Source: Deltaproteobacteria bacterium CSP1-8
Lineage (GTDB): Bacteria; Desulfobacterota; Deferrimicrobia; Deferrimicrobiales; Deferrimicrobiaceae
Direction: 5' to 3'
DNA length: 64,000 nt
Assembly (NCBI GenBank): GCA_001443455.1
Contig: LDXO01000005.1
Coordinates: 67,660 to 131,659 of the forward strand
Position numbers and translations under genes: made by a program
The notes under the pieces: generated by a model
Databases searched by the model: none
Told to the model about the DNA's origin: nothing
Seen by the model: only the letters and a program-made list of their open reading frames with translations
Shown here: positions 9,008 through 18,474 of the stretch, in pieces
Numbering within the stretch: the first letter of the stretch is position 1
Layout of the letters: the number at the start of each line of letters is the position of its first letter

Positions 9008-9253
9008 CCGGACGCCGGCCTGACGCCCGTCCCGCGGTTGCCGGAAGGAGCCGAAGCGGCATCCTCCGAACCCGTCCCCCTATTTATAAGGAAATTCCTT
9101 TTCCCCCATCCTCGAAGGAGGGGGGAATCCGCCCGATCCTTAAAAGGAGGCCTCGTTGATCCTGGAATGCTTGTGGGTATTTCCGAAGGAGGACAGGCAG
9201 GCGTTCATCGGGAAGGTGACTCGGCTTCCGGGTCCCTGCGAGGGGCTTACCGG

Positions 9254-10615
9254 ATGATCGACTCCTACGTCGAACTGGTACGGCACCGCCTGGAGAATCG
9301 CAGCGCCAACATCATGGCGAACCTCGAAAAGCTCGGGGAGGGGCACCTCCGGTTCACGATGCGGATCTTCGGGGACTGCCTCGACGAGGAAGCGCGCGGG
9401 AAGCTCCTTACGGGATACACGGAGTACTGGACCGAGATGGAGATCCGTTCTTTCGCAAAAGAGTTCGTCCCGGCGTACACCGAGTACGCGGTCACGGAGC
9501 TGCTGGAGAAGAAAAAAGACGGGGAGCGGTTCCACCCCCCTTACCTCACGCAGGAAGAGTACCAGGAGATGGCGGTCCGGGAGAAGTGGCCCAGGATCGC
9601 GGAACACCTGGAGGAAGTCTCTCCCTTGCAGCTGCGTCGCGAGGTCGCCCGCATGGGGATGCTCTTCCGGCCGTACATGCTCTCGGACCCCGGCTTCAAC
9701 GAGGGGGTTCTCGAATTCGCGTTGTATTTCGACCTGCTGGACCGGCTCACGGTCGTTCCTACGGCGGACCTTCGCACCGCGGCCCGCGAGATCGCTCCCC
9801 TGGTGGGAAGCGCCGTCGCGGCGAAGTCGATCGGGGAGTGCGAAATCATTCTCCCCCGGATTCGGGCCATTGCCGCGAAAGCCGCGCGGCTTCCCGCCGA
9901 TCCGGAGACGCTGCTGGGACCCGGGATGGAGAGGTATCCCCGGGAGGCCCCCCCGGGGTGGAAGCTCCGGGAGCTGCGCATGACCCTGGAGACGATGTCG
10001 CTCAAGGACCTGCGCCTGTCCGCCCTCGTCCACGTGGACATCCTGACCACCGAGGAGGTCCGGGAGATCGTCTCCCCCTTCATGGCCCGGTTCCCTTCCT
10101 TTTATGAAATCCCGGGCAACGCTCTTCGGGAGTTGATCGTGGCCATCGCCGGATCCGTCACCGACCGGCTGATCACCTACTTTTTCGACCGGTACTCCAC
10201 AGGGCGGATGGTGATGACGAAGCCGGTCTCCTTCCTCGTGTGGAAGCTCTCGCCCGAGGAGGAGAAGCTTCGCCTCCTGCGGGAGGACAACGAACGGATG
10301 GACTCCGCGATGATGGCGCGCCATCTCGCCCGGTTCCTCCGCTCCTCCTCCCCCGCCGAACTGGGGGACGCCGGCCGGCAGATCTCCCTTCTTACGAACG
10401 AAAACTTTACCTCCAACCATGGTTCGATATTGAAAAACCTCGGGGGAGGGCAGGAAGGAGAAGGAGTGAAGAGGCTCTACGACCAGGTGACGGTTCTCGC
10501 CCTGCGGATGATGTACCGCAGGGAGGCGGAAAAACAGGAGATGTTCGATGCCATCCGCGCGATGATCGCGGAAACAGCGGGGATCCCGCCCGAAACCAAC
10601 GAGGAGGAGACGTAA
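9254..10615 (+). CDS. Hypothetical protein (453 aa, helical)
   Basis: Long ORF with coding-like codon usage from MIDSY onward, no recognised domain. Confidence 0.75.
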   Translation: MIDSYVELVRHRLENRSANIMANLEKLGEGHLRFTMRIFGDCLDEEARGKLLTGYTEYWTEMEIRSFAKEFVPAYTEYAVTELLEKKKDGERFHPPYLTQEEYQEMAVREKWPRIAEHLEEVSPLQLRREVARMGMLFRPYMLSDPGFNEGVLEFALYFDLLDRLTVVPTADLRTAAREIAPLVGSAVAAKSIGECEIILPRIRAIAAKAARLPADPETLLGPGMERYPREAPPGWKLRELRMTLETMSLKDLRLSALVHVDILTTEEVREIVSPFMARFPSFYEIPGNALRELIVAIAGSVTDRLITYFFDRYSTGRMVMTKPVSFLVWKLSPEEEKLRLLREDNERMDSAMMARHLARFLRSSSPAELGDAGRQISLLTNENFTSNHGSILKNLGGGQEGEGVKRLYDQVTVLALRMMYRREAEKQEMFDAIRAMIAETAGIPPETNEEET

Positions 10616-10618
10616 CCT

Positions 10619-10825
10619 ATGGCCTTGGAATATATGGAAAAAATCGTTATGTTCAAGGAAACGCCCGAAGGATTGACAACGGATATGGAGTGGCTGCACG
10701 AGGCGGGGCAGGAAGGGTGGGAGCTCGTCTCGGCCATACCGCTTATCGCGCCGAACCGCGACGGCATCGCGTACGGCACTGTGGGAAGCCACATGATCCT
10801 CAAACGCCAAAAAAAGGTTTTATAA
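10619..10825 (+). CDS. DUF4177-like small protein
   Basis: GQEGWELVS..ILKR motif. Confidence 0.65.
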   Translation: MALEYMEKIVMFKETPEGLTTDMEWLHEAGQEGWELVSAIPLIAPNRDGIAYGTVGSHMILKRQKKVL

Positions 10826-10849
10826 ATAGGGTCATCAAGAAAAATTTGC

Positions 10850-10879
10850 TTGACACGCCCGCGATTAAAGGGATATAAA
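10850..10879 (+). promoter_or_regulatory. Sigma70-like promoter upstream of CoA-transferase operon
   Basis: TTGACA-N18-TATAAA in an AT-rich 280-bp intergenic region. Confidence 0.6.
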
Positions 10880-11104
10880 TAAAACATATTTATAAAAGTG
10901 CAACGTCAGATCCGGTAAAAAATCCTGATTTGATTAGAGTTTTCCCGGTTTTGCAAAACGGGGTAGAGACATCATTTTCGCCTGTCCCGGGGGAAAACGG
11001 AAAGGGGGGATTAGAGGGGGACAAGGGAGATAGAAGGCGCGATGCCTACCGTGTTTTCGTAGTGAAGTGTGCTGTGGTCCGGAAAATTTTTAAGGAGGGG
11101 TAGA

Positions 11105-12532
11105 ATGGCTGAAAAGTGGCGTACAGAGAAAAAACGGCCGAAAATCAAGGTTCTTCAGTGGCCAGCCATACCGACGCCGACAACCGACGAAGTATACGCC
11201 GGCGTGGATGAAAAGAAGAAGGCATATTCCCTGTGGATTGAATCCGCGGTTCGGCAACAGTTCAACGCGGACAAGCCGGAATCGCTGGACGGACTTCGCG
11301 TCCTGGACTGCACGGCGAACCAGATCATCGGCCACTGGTGCTCGTCCCACTTCTCGGAACTGGGGGCCGAGGTCATCATGGTCGAACCGCCGGGCGGCGA
11401 CCCGTTGCGGACAAGGGTTCCGTTCGGCCGTGAAGAGTATGCATTCACCGCCGCCAACGGCGAGAAGTGCAGCCCGCGGTTCCTCGCCGAGGCAAGGAAC
11501 AAGCTTTCCGTCACCCTCAACGTGGAGACGAAAGAGGGGCAGGATCTGCTCAAAAAAATAATCCCGCAGGTCGACGTCCTGATCGAAAATGCGGCCCCGG
11601 GGCACTTCGACAAGCTGGGGATCGGCTACCGCCAGCTTTCCGAGATCAACCCGCGTCTCGTCTACCTCTGGGTGGGGGAGCGCGGCCAGTGGGGCCCGCT
11701 CAAAGACCAGCCGGGAGCGATGGACCCGGTCGGGCAGAACGCGATGGGCTTTACCCACGGGACCGGCGCCCCGGTGGCGTTCGGCGGAACGCCGACCCGC
11801 TCCGGGTGGTGGCTCGCCGACCAGGTCGGCGGCACCTTCGCCGCGATGGGCGTGATGTCGGCCCTCTTCGCCCGGGAGAGGTTCCTGGGGAAGGGCCAGT
11901 TCGTGGAGTGCACGGCGGCCGAAGGCGTCATGCGGATCATCGACTACAACTGGGGATGGCACGGCATGGACGGCTCCGTCAGGCCCCGCTACGGGAACTG
12001 GGACCTGGCGATCAACATCTACGCGGTGAACCCCTGCGCCGACGGGCAGATCATGGTCGGCGGCGGGCACGACCGGCTCTGGTTCCGGATCTGGCGGACC
12101 GTAGGGAAAGACAGGCCCGAGCTCGAGCAGCACATCTGCGAGGACCCGAAGCTGCGCGTGGTGACCGACCGGCTCCCGCACTACATGCAGGTCGAGACCT
12201 ACACCACCATGTGCGACTGGACCAAGGACAAGACCCGGGCCCAGTGCGAGAAGGCGCTCCAGGAAGAGGAAGTGGCTTCCGGAGGAGTCTCCTTCCTCGA
12301 CGAGGTTTGCGAGTTCCCGCACTACAAGTACCGCGGCCACATCGAGATCTGCGACGACATCAACTATGGAAAAGTCCTCCTCGGAGCATCCAGTTTCATC
12401 GGGATGAACACCCCGGGGCGGATCAAGTGGATCGGCCGCACGGTCGGCCAGGATAACGAGGACGTATACCGCCGCCTCGCCGGGCTGGACCGCGAGAAAC
12501 TGAAAGCTCTCAGGAAGGGAGGGGTAATCTAA
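11105..12532 (+). CDS. Family III CoA-transferase with N-terminal extension
   Basis: LDGLRVLD..LGAEVIMVEPPGGDPLR, RNKLSVTLN, DVLIEN and ADQVGG (catalytic Asp position). AAGGAGG RBS. Confidence 0.92.
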   Translation: MAEKWRTEKKRPKIKVLQWPAIPTPTTDEVYAGVDEKKKAYSLWIESAVRQQFNADKPESLDGLRVLDCTANQIIGHWCSSHFSELGAEVIMVEPPGGDPLRTRVPFGREEYAFTAANGEKCSPRFLAEARNKLSVTLNVETKEGQDLLKKIIPQVDVLIENAAPGHFDKLGIGYRQLSEINPRLVYLWVGERGQWGPLKDQPGAMDPVGQNAMGFTHGTGAPVAFGGTPTRSGWWLADQVGGTFAAMGVMSALFARERFLGKGQFVECTAAEGVMRIIDYNWGWHGMDGSVRPRYGNWDLAINIYAVNPCADGQIMVGGGHDRLWFRIWRTVGKDRPELEQHICEDPKLRVVTDRLPHYMQVETYTTMCDWTKDKTRAQCEKALQEEEVASGGVSFLDEVCEFPHYKYRGHIEICDDINYGKVLLGASSFIGMNTPGRIKWIGRTVGQDNEDVYRRLAGLDREKLKALRKGGVI

Positions 12533-13899
12533 TGACTGCTGCGATCAGCAAAGACGTAAAAGATATGACGTTCGAGGATTTCTGCCGGTCCGTGTTCGAC
12601 ACCACGAAGCGGTACGACAAGCCCGAGACCCTGAAAGGGATCCGGGCGATCTCCACCACGCAGTACATCCTCGGCCCCTCCTGCGCGAACTACCTCGCGG
12701 AGCTGGGCGCCGAGACGATCAAGGTCGAGCTGCCCAAGCGGGGCGAGCCGATGCGGCACACCACGCCGTTCAACGAGCCGTTCCTCTATCCGCTGTCCCG
12801 CTGGATGCCGGACAAGGGGACGGGACTGGGCTTCTTCGGCGCGAACGCGAACGAGTACTTCATGTCGCTCGACTTCCACAAGCCCGAAGCGATCCAGATC
12901 ATGAAGCGTCTGGCCGCCAAGTCCGACGTCTTCGCCGAGAACTACCGGGCGGGCACGTTCGACCGGTGGGGGATCGGCGCGCGGCAGCATATGCAGATCA
13001 ACCCCCGAGTCGTCTACCAGTGGATGGGCGGCTTCGGCGGCTGGGGCCCGGGGCGCAACCGCGCCTCCTACGACATCCTCGGCCAGGCCCAGGGCGGCTG
13101 CTTCTCGATCACCGGGTGGCACAAGGAGTACGGCGGGATGCCCTCCAAGCAGACCATCTGGATCATGGACTACTGGGGCGGGGCGATTTCGGCGTTCAAC
13201 ATCATCGCGTGCCTCTACTGGCGCGACAACGTCTCGGGCAGGGGGAACTTCCTCGAATACTCCCAGGTGCACGGCGCCCAGAGACACCTGACCGACCTCA
13301 TCGCTCTCTACGGAAGGACCGGAATCGTCGCCCAGCGGTTCGGGAACTGGGAGCCGCTGCTCTGCGTCCACGGGATCCTCAAGTGCGGGAAGTCGTCGTA
13401 CCCGAACTCGAAGAACCCGCAGGAGCAGGAAGTGGGTTTCTGCCTCGTCTCGGCGTACAAGGACGAGGACTTCGCGAAGCTGTGCACGATGATCAACCGT
13501 TCCGATCTTGCCAAGAAGTACCCGACCCACGCCGACCGGGTGGGGGCCGATGCGCAGAGCGCCATCTACCCCGAGCTCGAGAAGTGGTCGGCGGACAAGA
13601 CGAAAGAGCAGGTCTGGGAGGAGTGCAAGAAGAACGGGCTCGTCTCCCAGCCGGTGTGGAACTCCAAGGAGGTCTCCGCACAGGAGCATTACCACCTCCG
13701 GGGGACGCTCGCCTGGATCGACGACCCGACGTTCGGCGACGTGCAGACGCAGGTGCTGCCGTGCCTCCTTTCGGATACTCCGCCCCGGACCCGCTGGGTC
13801 TTCAAGCCGGTCGGCGCGGACAACGAGTACGTCCTGGCCAAGCTGTGCGGCTACAGCGGCTCGCACATCGCCGAACTGGAGCAGAAAGAGATCATTTAA
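12532..13899 (+). CDS. Family III CoA-transferase
   Basis: LAELGAETIKVE, SDVFAENYRAG, ASYDILGQA and MDYWGG. TAATG overlap with the upstream gene. Confidence 0.92.
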   Translation: MTAAISKDVKDMTFEDFCRSVFDTTKRYDKPETLKGIRAISTTQYILGPSCANYLAELGAETIKVELPKRGEPMRHTTPFNEPFLYPLSRWMPDKGTGLGFFGANANEYFMSLDFHKPEAIQIMKRLAAKSDVFAENYRAGTFDRWGIGARQHMQINPRVVYQWMGGFGGWGPGRNRASYDILGQAQGGCFSITGWHKEYGGMPSKQTIWIMDYWGGAISAFNIIACLYWRDNVSGRGNFLEYSQVHGAQRHLTDLIALYGRTGIVAQRFGNWEPLLCVHGILKCGKSSYPNSKNPQEQEVGFCLVSAYKDEDFAKLCTMINRSDLAKKYPTHADRVGADAQSAIYPELEKWSADKTKEQVWEECKKNGLVSQPVWNSKEVSAQEHYHLRGTLAWIDDPTFGDVQTQVLPCLLSDTPPRTRWVFKPVGADNEYVLAKLCGYSGSHIAELEQKEII

Positions 13900-13920
13900 C
13901 GAACCGAAAAGGGGGATACG

Positions 13921-14316
13921 ATGATATTTAAGGATTCTTCACTTCTTCTTCAATGCCCGAAGTGCACGACGATCAACTATCTGGATCCGTTCACGTTCTG
14001 GAACTTCAAGGGAAAGATCAAATGCGCCGGCTGCGACGCGATCTGGGAGTACGCGCTCGAGAACGGCCACCGCAAGGGTCCCCCGGTGGAGGGGAAACCG
14101 CCCCACGACAAGCTGCCGGGCTTCGCGCAGACGACGGACTGGAAGCCGATCACCACTCCGGGAAAGGTGGCGCCCGCGCCGCAGGCCCGGGAAGACTTTC
14201 AGGGGAAGCCGATCCCGATTACCAAGAGCATCCGCGGGAAAGCCGTCTCCGGCAAGCCGCTTTCGACCGAGGAGCTGGTCGGGAGCATTCCGAAGATGTT
14301 CTACACAGGCATCTGA
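13921..14316 (+). CDS. Unknown Cys4 (zinc-ribbon-like) protein, NYLDPxxFWN type
   Basis: CPKC.TINYLDPFTFWNFKGKIKCAGC..SIRGKAVSG. Paralog of 359..844. Confidence 0.8.
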   Translation: MIFKDSSLLLQCPKCTTINYLDPFTFWNFKGKIKCAGCDAIWEYALENGHRKGPPVEGKPPHDKLPGFAQTTDWKPITTPGKVAPAPQAREDFQGKPIPITKSIRGKAVSGKPLSTEELVGSIPKMFYTGI

Positions 14317-14350
14317 TCGCTTGACCATTTTTTAGACAGGAGGGGATACC

Positions 14351-14539
14351 GTGGCAAAAATCGTTCCGAATTGTCAAGGTTGCAAGAACTTCCTCGCGGC
14401 CCTCGACCCCGAGATCAGCAAGGCGTACATGGGAGCGTGCTTGAAGCTCGAGTGGCCCTACAACATCAACATCCCGAAAGACGATGGGATCGAAGGGGAG
14501 TGCGGCTTCTACGAAGGACCCGGCCCCGCGACAAAGTAA
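14351..14539 (+). CDS. Unknown small Cys-rich protein
   Basis: GTG start after AGGAGGGG. CQGC..GAC..EWPY..EC pattern. Paralog of 863..1123. Confidence 0.7.
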   Translation: MAKIVPNCQGCKNFLAALDPEISKAYMGACLKLEWPYNINIPKDDGIEGECGFYEGPGPATK

Positions 14540-14585
14540 AAAGATTCTTGAACCGACCGTCGCCGGTCTGGTAGATTAGCGACGC

Positions 14586-14644
14586 GGCAAATCCACGGCC
14601 GCCTTTGGGAAAAATCGGGTGCGGCCGTGGATTTTGCCTTTTTA
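14586..14644 (+). terminator. Long stem-loop followed by T-run (terminator-like)
   Basis: GGCAAATCCACGGCCGC pairs with GCGGCCGTGGATTTTGCC, followed by TTTTT. Confidence 0.55.
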
Positions 14645-14691
14645 TGCGGCAATTTTCCCAAACACCATTCTGGGAAGGAGGGCATGCAACG

Positions 14692-15066
14692 ATGAAGGTG
14701 GAATTCTATTACGACAGCACGGTGCAACCCGGCGCCACATTCGCCACCAACAACGCGAAGGCCGTCGAGCTCGTCAACCAGCTGGCGGCCAAGGGCGTCA
14801 ACGCCAAGGCCGTTGACTTACAGGGCGCGCAGGTTGCCTTCATGACGTACAACGCGGCGCTGACGGGCCCGAAGGCGCAGGTGCGCGCGGTGTTCGGCGC
14901 GAAAGGCGCGCTCCAGGAAGACTTCGGGAAGACCGTGCCGGCCCTCCTGGTCTTCGAGAAGGACGCGGACCGCTACCCGACGGAGGCCTTCCCCCGGTCC
15001 GACAGGGACCTGCAGCGGACCCTGGGCTGCGAGGAGGCCCTCCAGGGGCTTCTGGAAAAGGCGTAA
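14692..15066 (+). CDS. Hypothetical protein, possibly thioredoxin-like fold without CxxC
   Basis: GAAGGAGG RBS. TVPALLVF cis-Pro-like segment. The fold assignment is weak. Confidence 0.6.
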   Translation: MKVEFYYDSTVQPGATFATNNAKAVELVNQLAAKGVNAKAVDLQGAQVAFMTYNAALTGPKAQVRAVFGAKGALQEDFGKTVPALLVFEKDADRYPTEAFPRSDRDLQRTLGCEEALQGLLEKA

Positions 15067-15145
15067 GGATCGAAAACCAAGAGCGGCGGAGCGGGGCCGC
15101 GGGGGGTCGCGGTCCGTAACCGCCTTACGAAGGAGGGGAGGACGG

Positions 15146-16783
15146 ATGGGGAAAATACCGGAAAGCTATCTTCCGCCGCCGGAGTTGCGGCCCAAGCGGA
15201 TCTATTCGCTTGACGAGTTCAAGAAAATCCCGCAGAAATTCAATTCCACCGAAGTCCTGCTCGATCAGACCGCCGCGAAGTACGGCGACAAGGTCGCCGT
15301 CTATTTCGATGACCAGCGGATCACCTACAAGCAGCTCCAGGCGAGCGTCAACCGGGTCGCCAACGGGCTCAAAAAACTCGGCGTCGAGGAGGGCGACCGG
15401 GTGTTCCTGCGGATGCCCAACATCCCGCCCGCGATCGTCTGCAACTTCGCCATCATCAAGATCGGGGGGGTTTCGCTTCCCACTTCGGTCCTCTTCGCGC
15501 GCACCGAGATCTCCCACGTGGCGAATCTGGCCGAGGCGAAGGTCATGATCGTCGCCGCGGCGATGCTCGGGGAAGTCGAGGCGGCGAAGCCGGATCTCAA
15601 GACGGTCAAGACGATCGTCGTGGTGGGCGGAGACGAGAACGAGGTCCGGGCGAAGGGATATATCCCCTACGCCGACCTGATGAAGAACCCGGACCAGTGC
15701 GAAGCGGTGAAGAGGGACCGGATGGACGTCTCGGTGCTCCTGTTCACCTCCGGGACGACCGGGCTGCCCAAGGGGACGGCCCACTTCATGGAGGAGTCGC
15801 TGATTGTCGCCGACGGGTTCGGGAAGTACTGCTGGGAGGTTACCGACAAGGACGTGATCGGGGGTCCGGCGCCGATCGCCATGGCGGCCGGCTACTCCAC
15901 CGTGGCGGTCATCCCGTTCCGGTACGGCGCGGCCGTCTCGCTCATTCCCCGGTTCGATCCGGTGGGAATGGCCAAGAACATCCAGAACCACAAGATCACG
16001 ATCATGTCGGCCCTGCCCACCGCCTACCGGAAGATGCTGGTCGACATCAACCCGAAGGATTACGACTTCTCTTCCCTGCGGTTCTGCACCGGCGGAGGGG
16101 AGGCGCTCACGGCGAAGACCTACCTCGACTGGAAGGAGAAGTTCGGCCTCGAGACCTACGAGGGGCTGGGGACCACCGAGATGATGTTCGTCTTCATCTC
16201 CGCCGCGGTCACCAAGAAGGTCAAGCCGGGGTGGATCGGCTCCGCTTGTCCGGGATACGTGGTGCGCGTGGTGAACGAGAACTTCGAGCCGGTCAAGCCC
16301 GGCGAGGTCGGAAAGATGATCGCCCAGGGGCCGACGGGGACGATCTACTGGCGGGACAACGACAAGCAGAAGTCGGCGGTGAAAGACGGCTGGTGCCTGG
16401 CCGGCGACGTGGTGACGATGGACGAGCTGGGGAACGTCCAGTTCCTTTCCCGCGAGGACGACCTCATCAAATCCTCCGGCTATCGGATCGGCCCCGAGGA
16501 GATCGAGGAGGCGCTGGTCATGCACGCTTCGGTGGCGGACGCGGGCGTCGTCGGCGTCCCCGACCCCGTCATGGGGCAGAAGACCAAGGCGTTCGTGGTC
16601 CTCAAGGCCGGCGTCACTCCCACCGAGGAGCTGAAAAAGGAGCTGGTCGAGTTCTGCAAGGGGAAGATCGCCGTCTACAAGCTCCCGCGGGAGATCGAGT
16701 TCATCGACGCGATGCCCCGCACCGCGGTGGGGAAACTGCTGCGCCGGATGCTGCGCCAGCAGGAGATCGACAAGGCAAAGTAA
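15146..16783 (+). CDS. Acyl-CoA synthetase, benzoate/2-aminobenzoate-CoA ligase-like
   Basis: FTSGTTGLPKG, EGLGTTE, REDDLIKSSGYRIGPEEIE, KLPREIEF and RTAVGKLLR. Confidence 0.92.
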   Translation: MGKIPESYLPPPELRPKRIYSLDEFKKIPQKFNSTEVLLDQTAAKYGDKVAVYFDDQRITYKQLQASVNRVANGLKKLGVEEGDRVFLRMPNIPPAIVCNFAIIKIGGVSLPTSVLFARTEISHVANLAEAKVMIVAAAMLGEVEAAKPDLKTVKTIVVVGGDENEVRAKGYIPYADLMKNPDQCEAVKRDRMDVSVLLFTSGTTGLPKGTAHFMEESLIVADGFGKYCWEVTDKDVIGGPAPIAMAAGYSTVAVIPFRYGAAVSLIPRFDPVGMAKNIQNHKITIMSALPTAYRKMLVDINPKDYDFSSLRFCTGGGEALTAKTYLDWKEKFGLETYEGLGTTEMMFVFISAAVTKKVKPGWIGSACPGYVVRVVNENFEPVKPGEVGKMIAQGPTGTIYWRDNDKQKSAVKDGWCLAGDVVTMDELGNVQFLSREDDLIKSSGYRIGPEEIEEALVMHASVADAGVVGVPDPVMGQKTKAFVVLKAGVTPTEELKKELVEFCKGKIAVYKLPREIEFIDAMPRTAVGKLLRRMLRQQEIDKAK

Positions 16784-16823
16784 CGGGACGCAAAGGAAAG
16801 GGACGTTCTTAACACTTTTTTTT

Positions 16824-16855
16824 GGCCCGGCGGTTTCCGGCCGCCGGGCCTTTTT
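16824..16855 (+). terminator. Rho-independent terminator
   Basis: GGCCCGGCGG-loop-CCGCCGGGCC-TTTTT. Confidence 0.8.
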
Positions 16856-16959
16856 GCGCCGGAGCCGAAGCCGGTTCAGGGCGTCCCGAATCCTCGTGCG
16901 TCGGCGCAGCCGCCCTCGAATGCAGGGATCTTCCGGGAATGGCCCCCTGGAGGCCGGTC

Positions 16960-17300
16960 TCACTGCGCTCCCGCTCCTTCGGTTTGCTGCGCCGTCGACC
17001 GGGGACCCTGGCTCGCGGAGGGGTCCCCTCGGCTACGCTCGCGACCTTGCGCCCGCTTGCTGCCGGTTCCGCTCGACGCGATTTCTTCCTCGCTCCACAG
17101 GCCGCCTCGTCGACCCCCCCGCATCGCCTAGGGTCCCCGGTAGCAGGCACCCTCGCAATGGGGCGCGCCATGGGCGGAGCAGCCGAGGAAGGGGGATCCG
17201 AGCGGAGCTTTCCGGGAGGGAGGTCAAGCGCAGACTTGCGGGTGCATCGCAAGTCGAGCGACGAAGCGAGGAGCCCCCTCCGAGGATGCGGAAGCCGGCC
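16960..17300 (+). repeat. Mosaic intergenic repeat, copy 1 (core 17007..17132)
   Basis: Core is 124/126 identical to the reverse complement of 19135..19260. A second module at 17221..17300 is shared with copies 2 and 4. Confidence 0.9.
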
Positions 17301-17391
17301 ATGATGCTCCGCAACGGGGGGCGCATGTGTCGCGGCCGCCGCAGGGGAGGACGAGTTCTTAGGAACTTCCCTGTTCTTGGGTCGCGGCGGC

Positions 17392-18474
17392 CTACTCTCC
17401 GAGCCACTGGCCGAGGTGGTGCGTGGAGGGGACGTTCTCGAGGATGCATTTCGTGACGGCGACGATCGGAATTCCCAGGATAAGCCCCATCCCCCCCCAC
17501 ATCCACCCGAAGAACATGATCGACACCGTTGCCGCGACTGCGTTCAGCCGGACCCCCTTGCCGACGAGCTTCGGGATCAGGAAGTTGGCGGCCACGAGGT
17601 GGAGCAGGGAGACGCTTGCGACGATGACGACGATGGGCACTCCGGAGTCGAAGGTGACCAGCCCCACGACCAGGGCGGGCAGGAGGGCCAGCGGGAGTCC
17701 GAGGTACGGGATCGTGGAAAGCGTCCCGCTCAGGATCCCCAGGACGACCCAGTAGGGAAGACCCACGAGCAGGAAGACGAGGGTGGTGGAAAGGCTCAAG
17801 ACCCCCGCCACGATCGCGTTGCCGACGAGGAACCGCTGCATCATCCGCTCGATATCGTGGATGATCGCCCCCGCGATCTCCTGGTATTCCCCCGGGAAGA
17901 GCTCGCGGGTTTTCCGGGAGAGCACCTCTTTTTCCGCGAGGATGAAGTAGACCAGGAAAGGGATGAAGGAGAGCGAGAAGATGATCGTCGTGACCGACCC
18001 GAGGCCGTGGAAGACGGCATCGTACCAGGAGTTCCCCCCGCGGAGGACGACTTCGGTCCCCTTCTCGGCGGCCGACCCGGGCGGCGGGGCGATGCGCCTT
18101 CCCGCCTCGCTCAAGGTCTCCGTGATCTGATAGATCCGGTCGATGATGCCCTGCACCAGCGGGGCGTTCCGGATCTGCTCGACGAGGATCGGCAGGTCGG
18201 TGAAAAACTGCATCGCGCTCCGGTAGAGGAGGTAGAAAAGCCCGTAGAGGAAGGCGATCGCAAAAAACCCGACGACCATGCTGGACACCCTCCTGCCGAT
18301 CTTCGCCTTCCGGCAGAAGAACTGGACGAACGGCTCCAGCGCGAGGGCGATCAGGGCCGAGGAGAGAATCGTGATGAACACGGATGCGGCGAAGTAGAGG
18401 AAGGCGATCACCCCGAGGGTCGCCAGGAGCGCGAGACTCGCGACGGTCGTTCTGGGAAGCGTTGTGCGTTGCAT
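17392..18474 (-). CDS. AI-2E family transporter
   Basis: Hydrophobic profile, IPYLG and NFLIPKLVGKGVRLN..FFGWMWGGMGLILGIP. Confidence 0.9.
   Translation of the reverse strand: MQRTTLPRTTVASLALLATLGVIAFLYFAASVFITILSSALIALALEPFVQFFCRKAKIGRRVSSMVVGFFAIAFLYGLFYLLYRSAMQFFTDLPILVEQIRNAPLVQGIIDRIYQITETLSEAGRRIAPPPGSAAEKGTEVVLRGGNSWYDAVFHGLGSVTTIIFSLSFIPFLVYFILAEKEVLSRKTRELFPGEYQEIAGAIIHDIERMMQRFLVGNAIVAGVLSLSTTLVFLLVGLPYWVVLGILSGTLSTIPYLGLPLALLPALVVGLVTFDSGVPIVVIVASVSLLHLVAANFLIPKLVGKGVRLNAVAATVSIMFFGWMWGGMGLILGIPIVAVTKCILENVPSTHHLGQWLGE

Noticed and set aside
16822-17456. ORFs called across the repeat regions (also 18720..19220, 41483..41740, 57834..58076)
   Set aside because: They are translations of the non-coding repeat, with similar peptides at each copy and no RBS or domain support.
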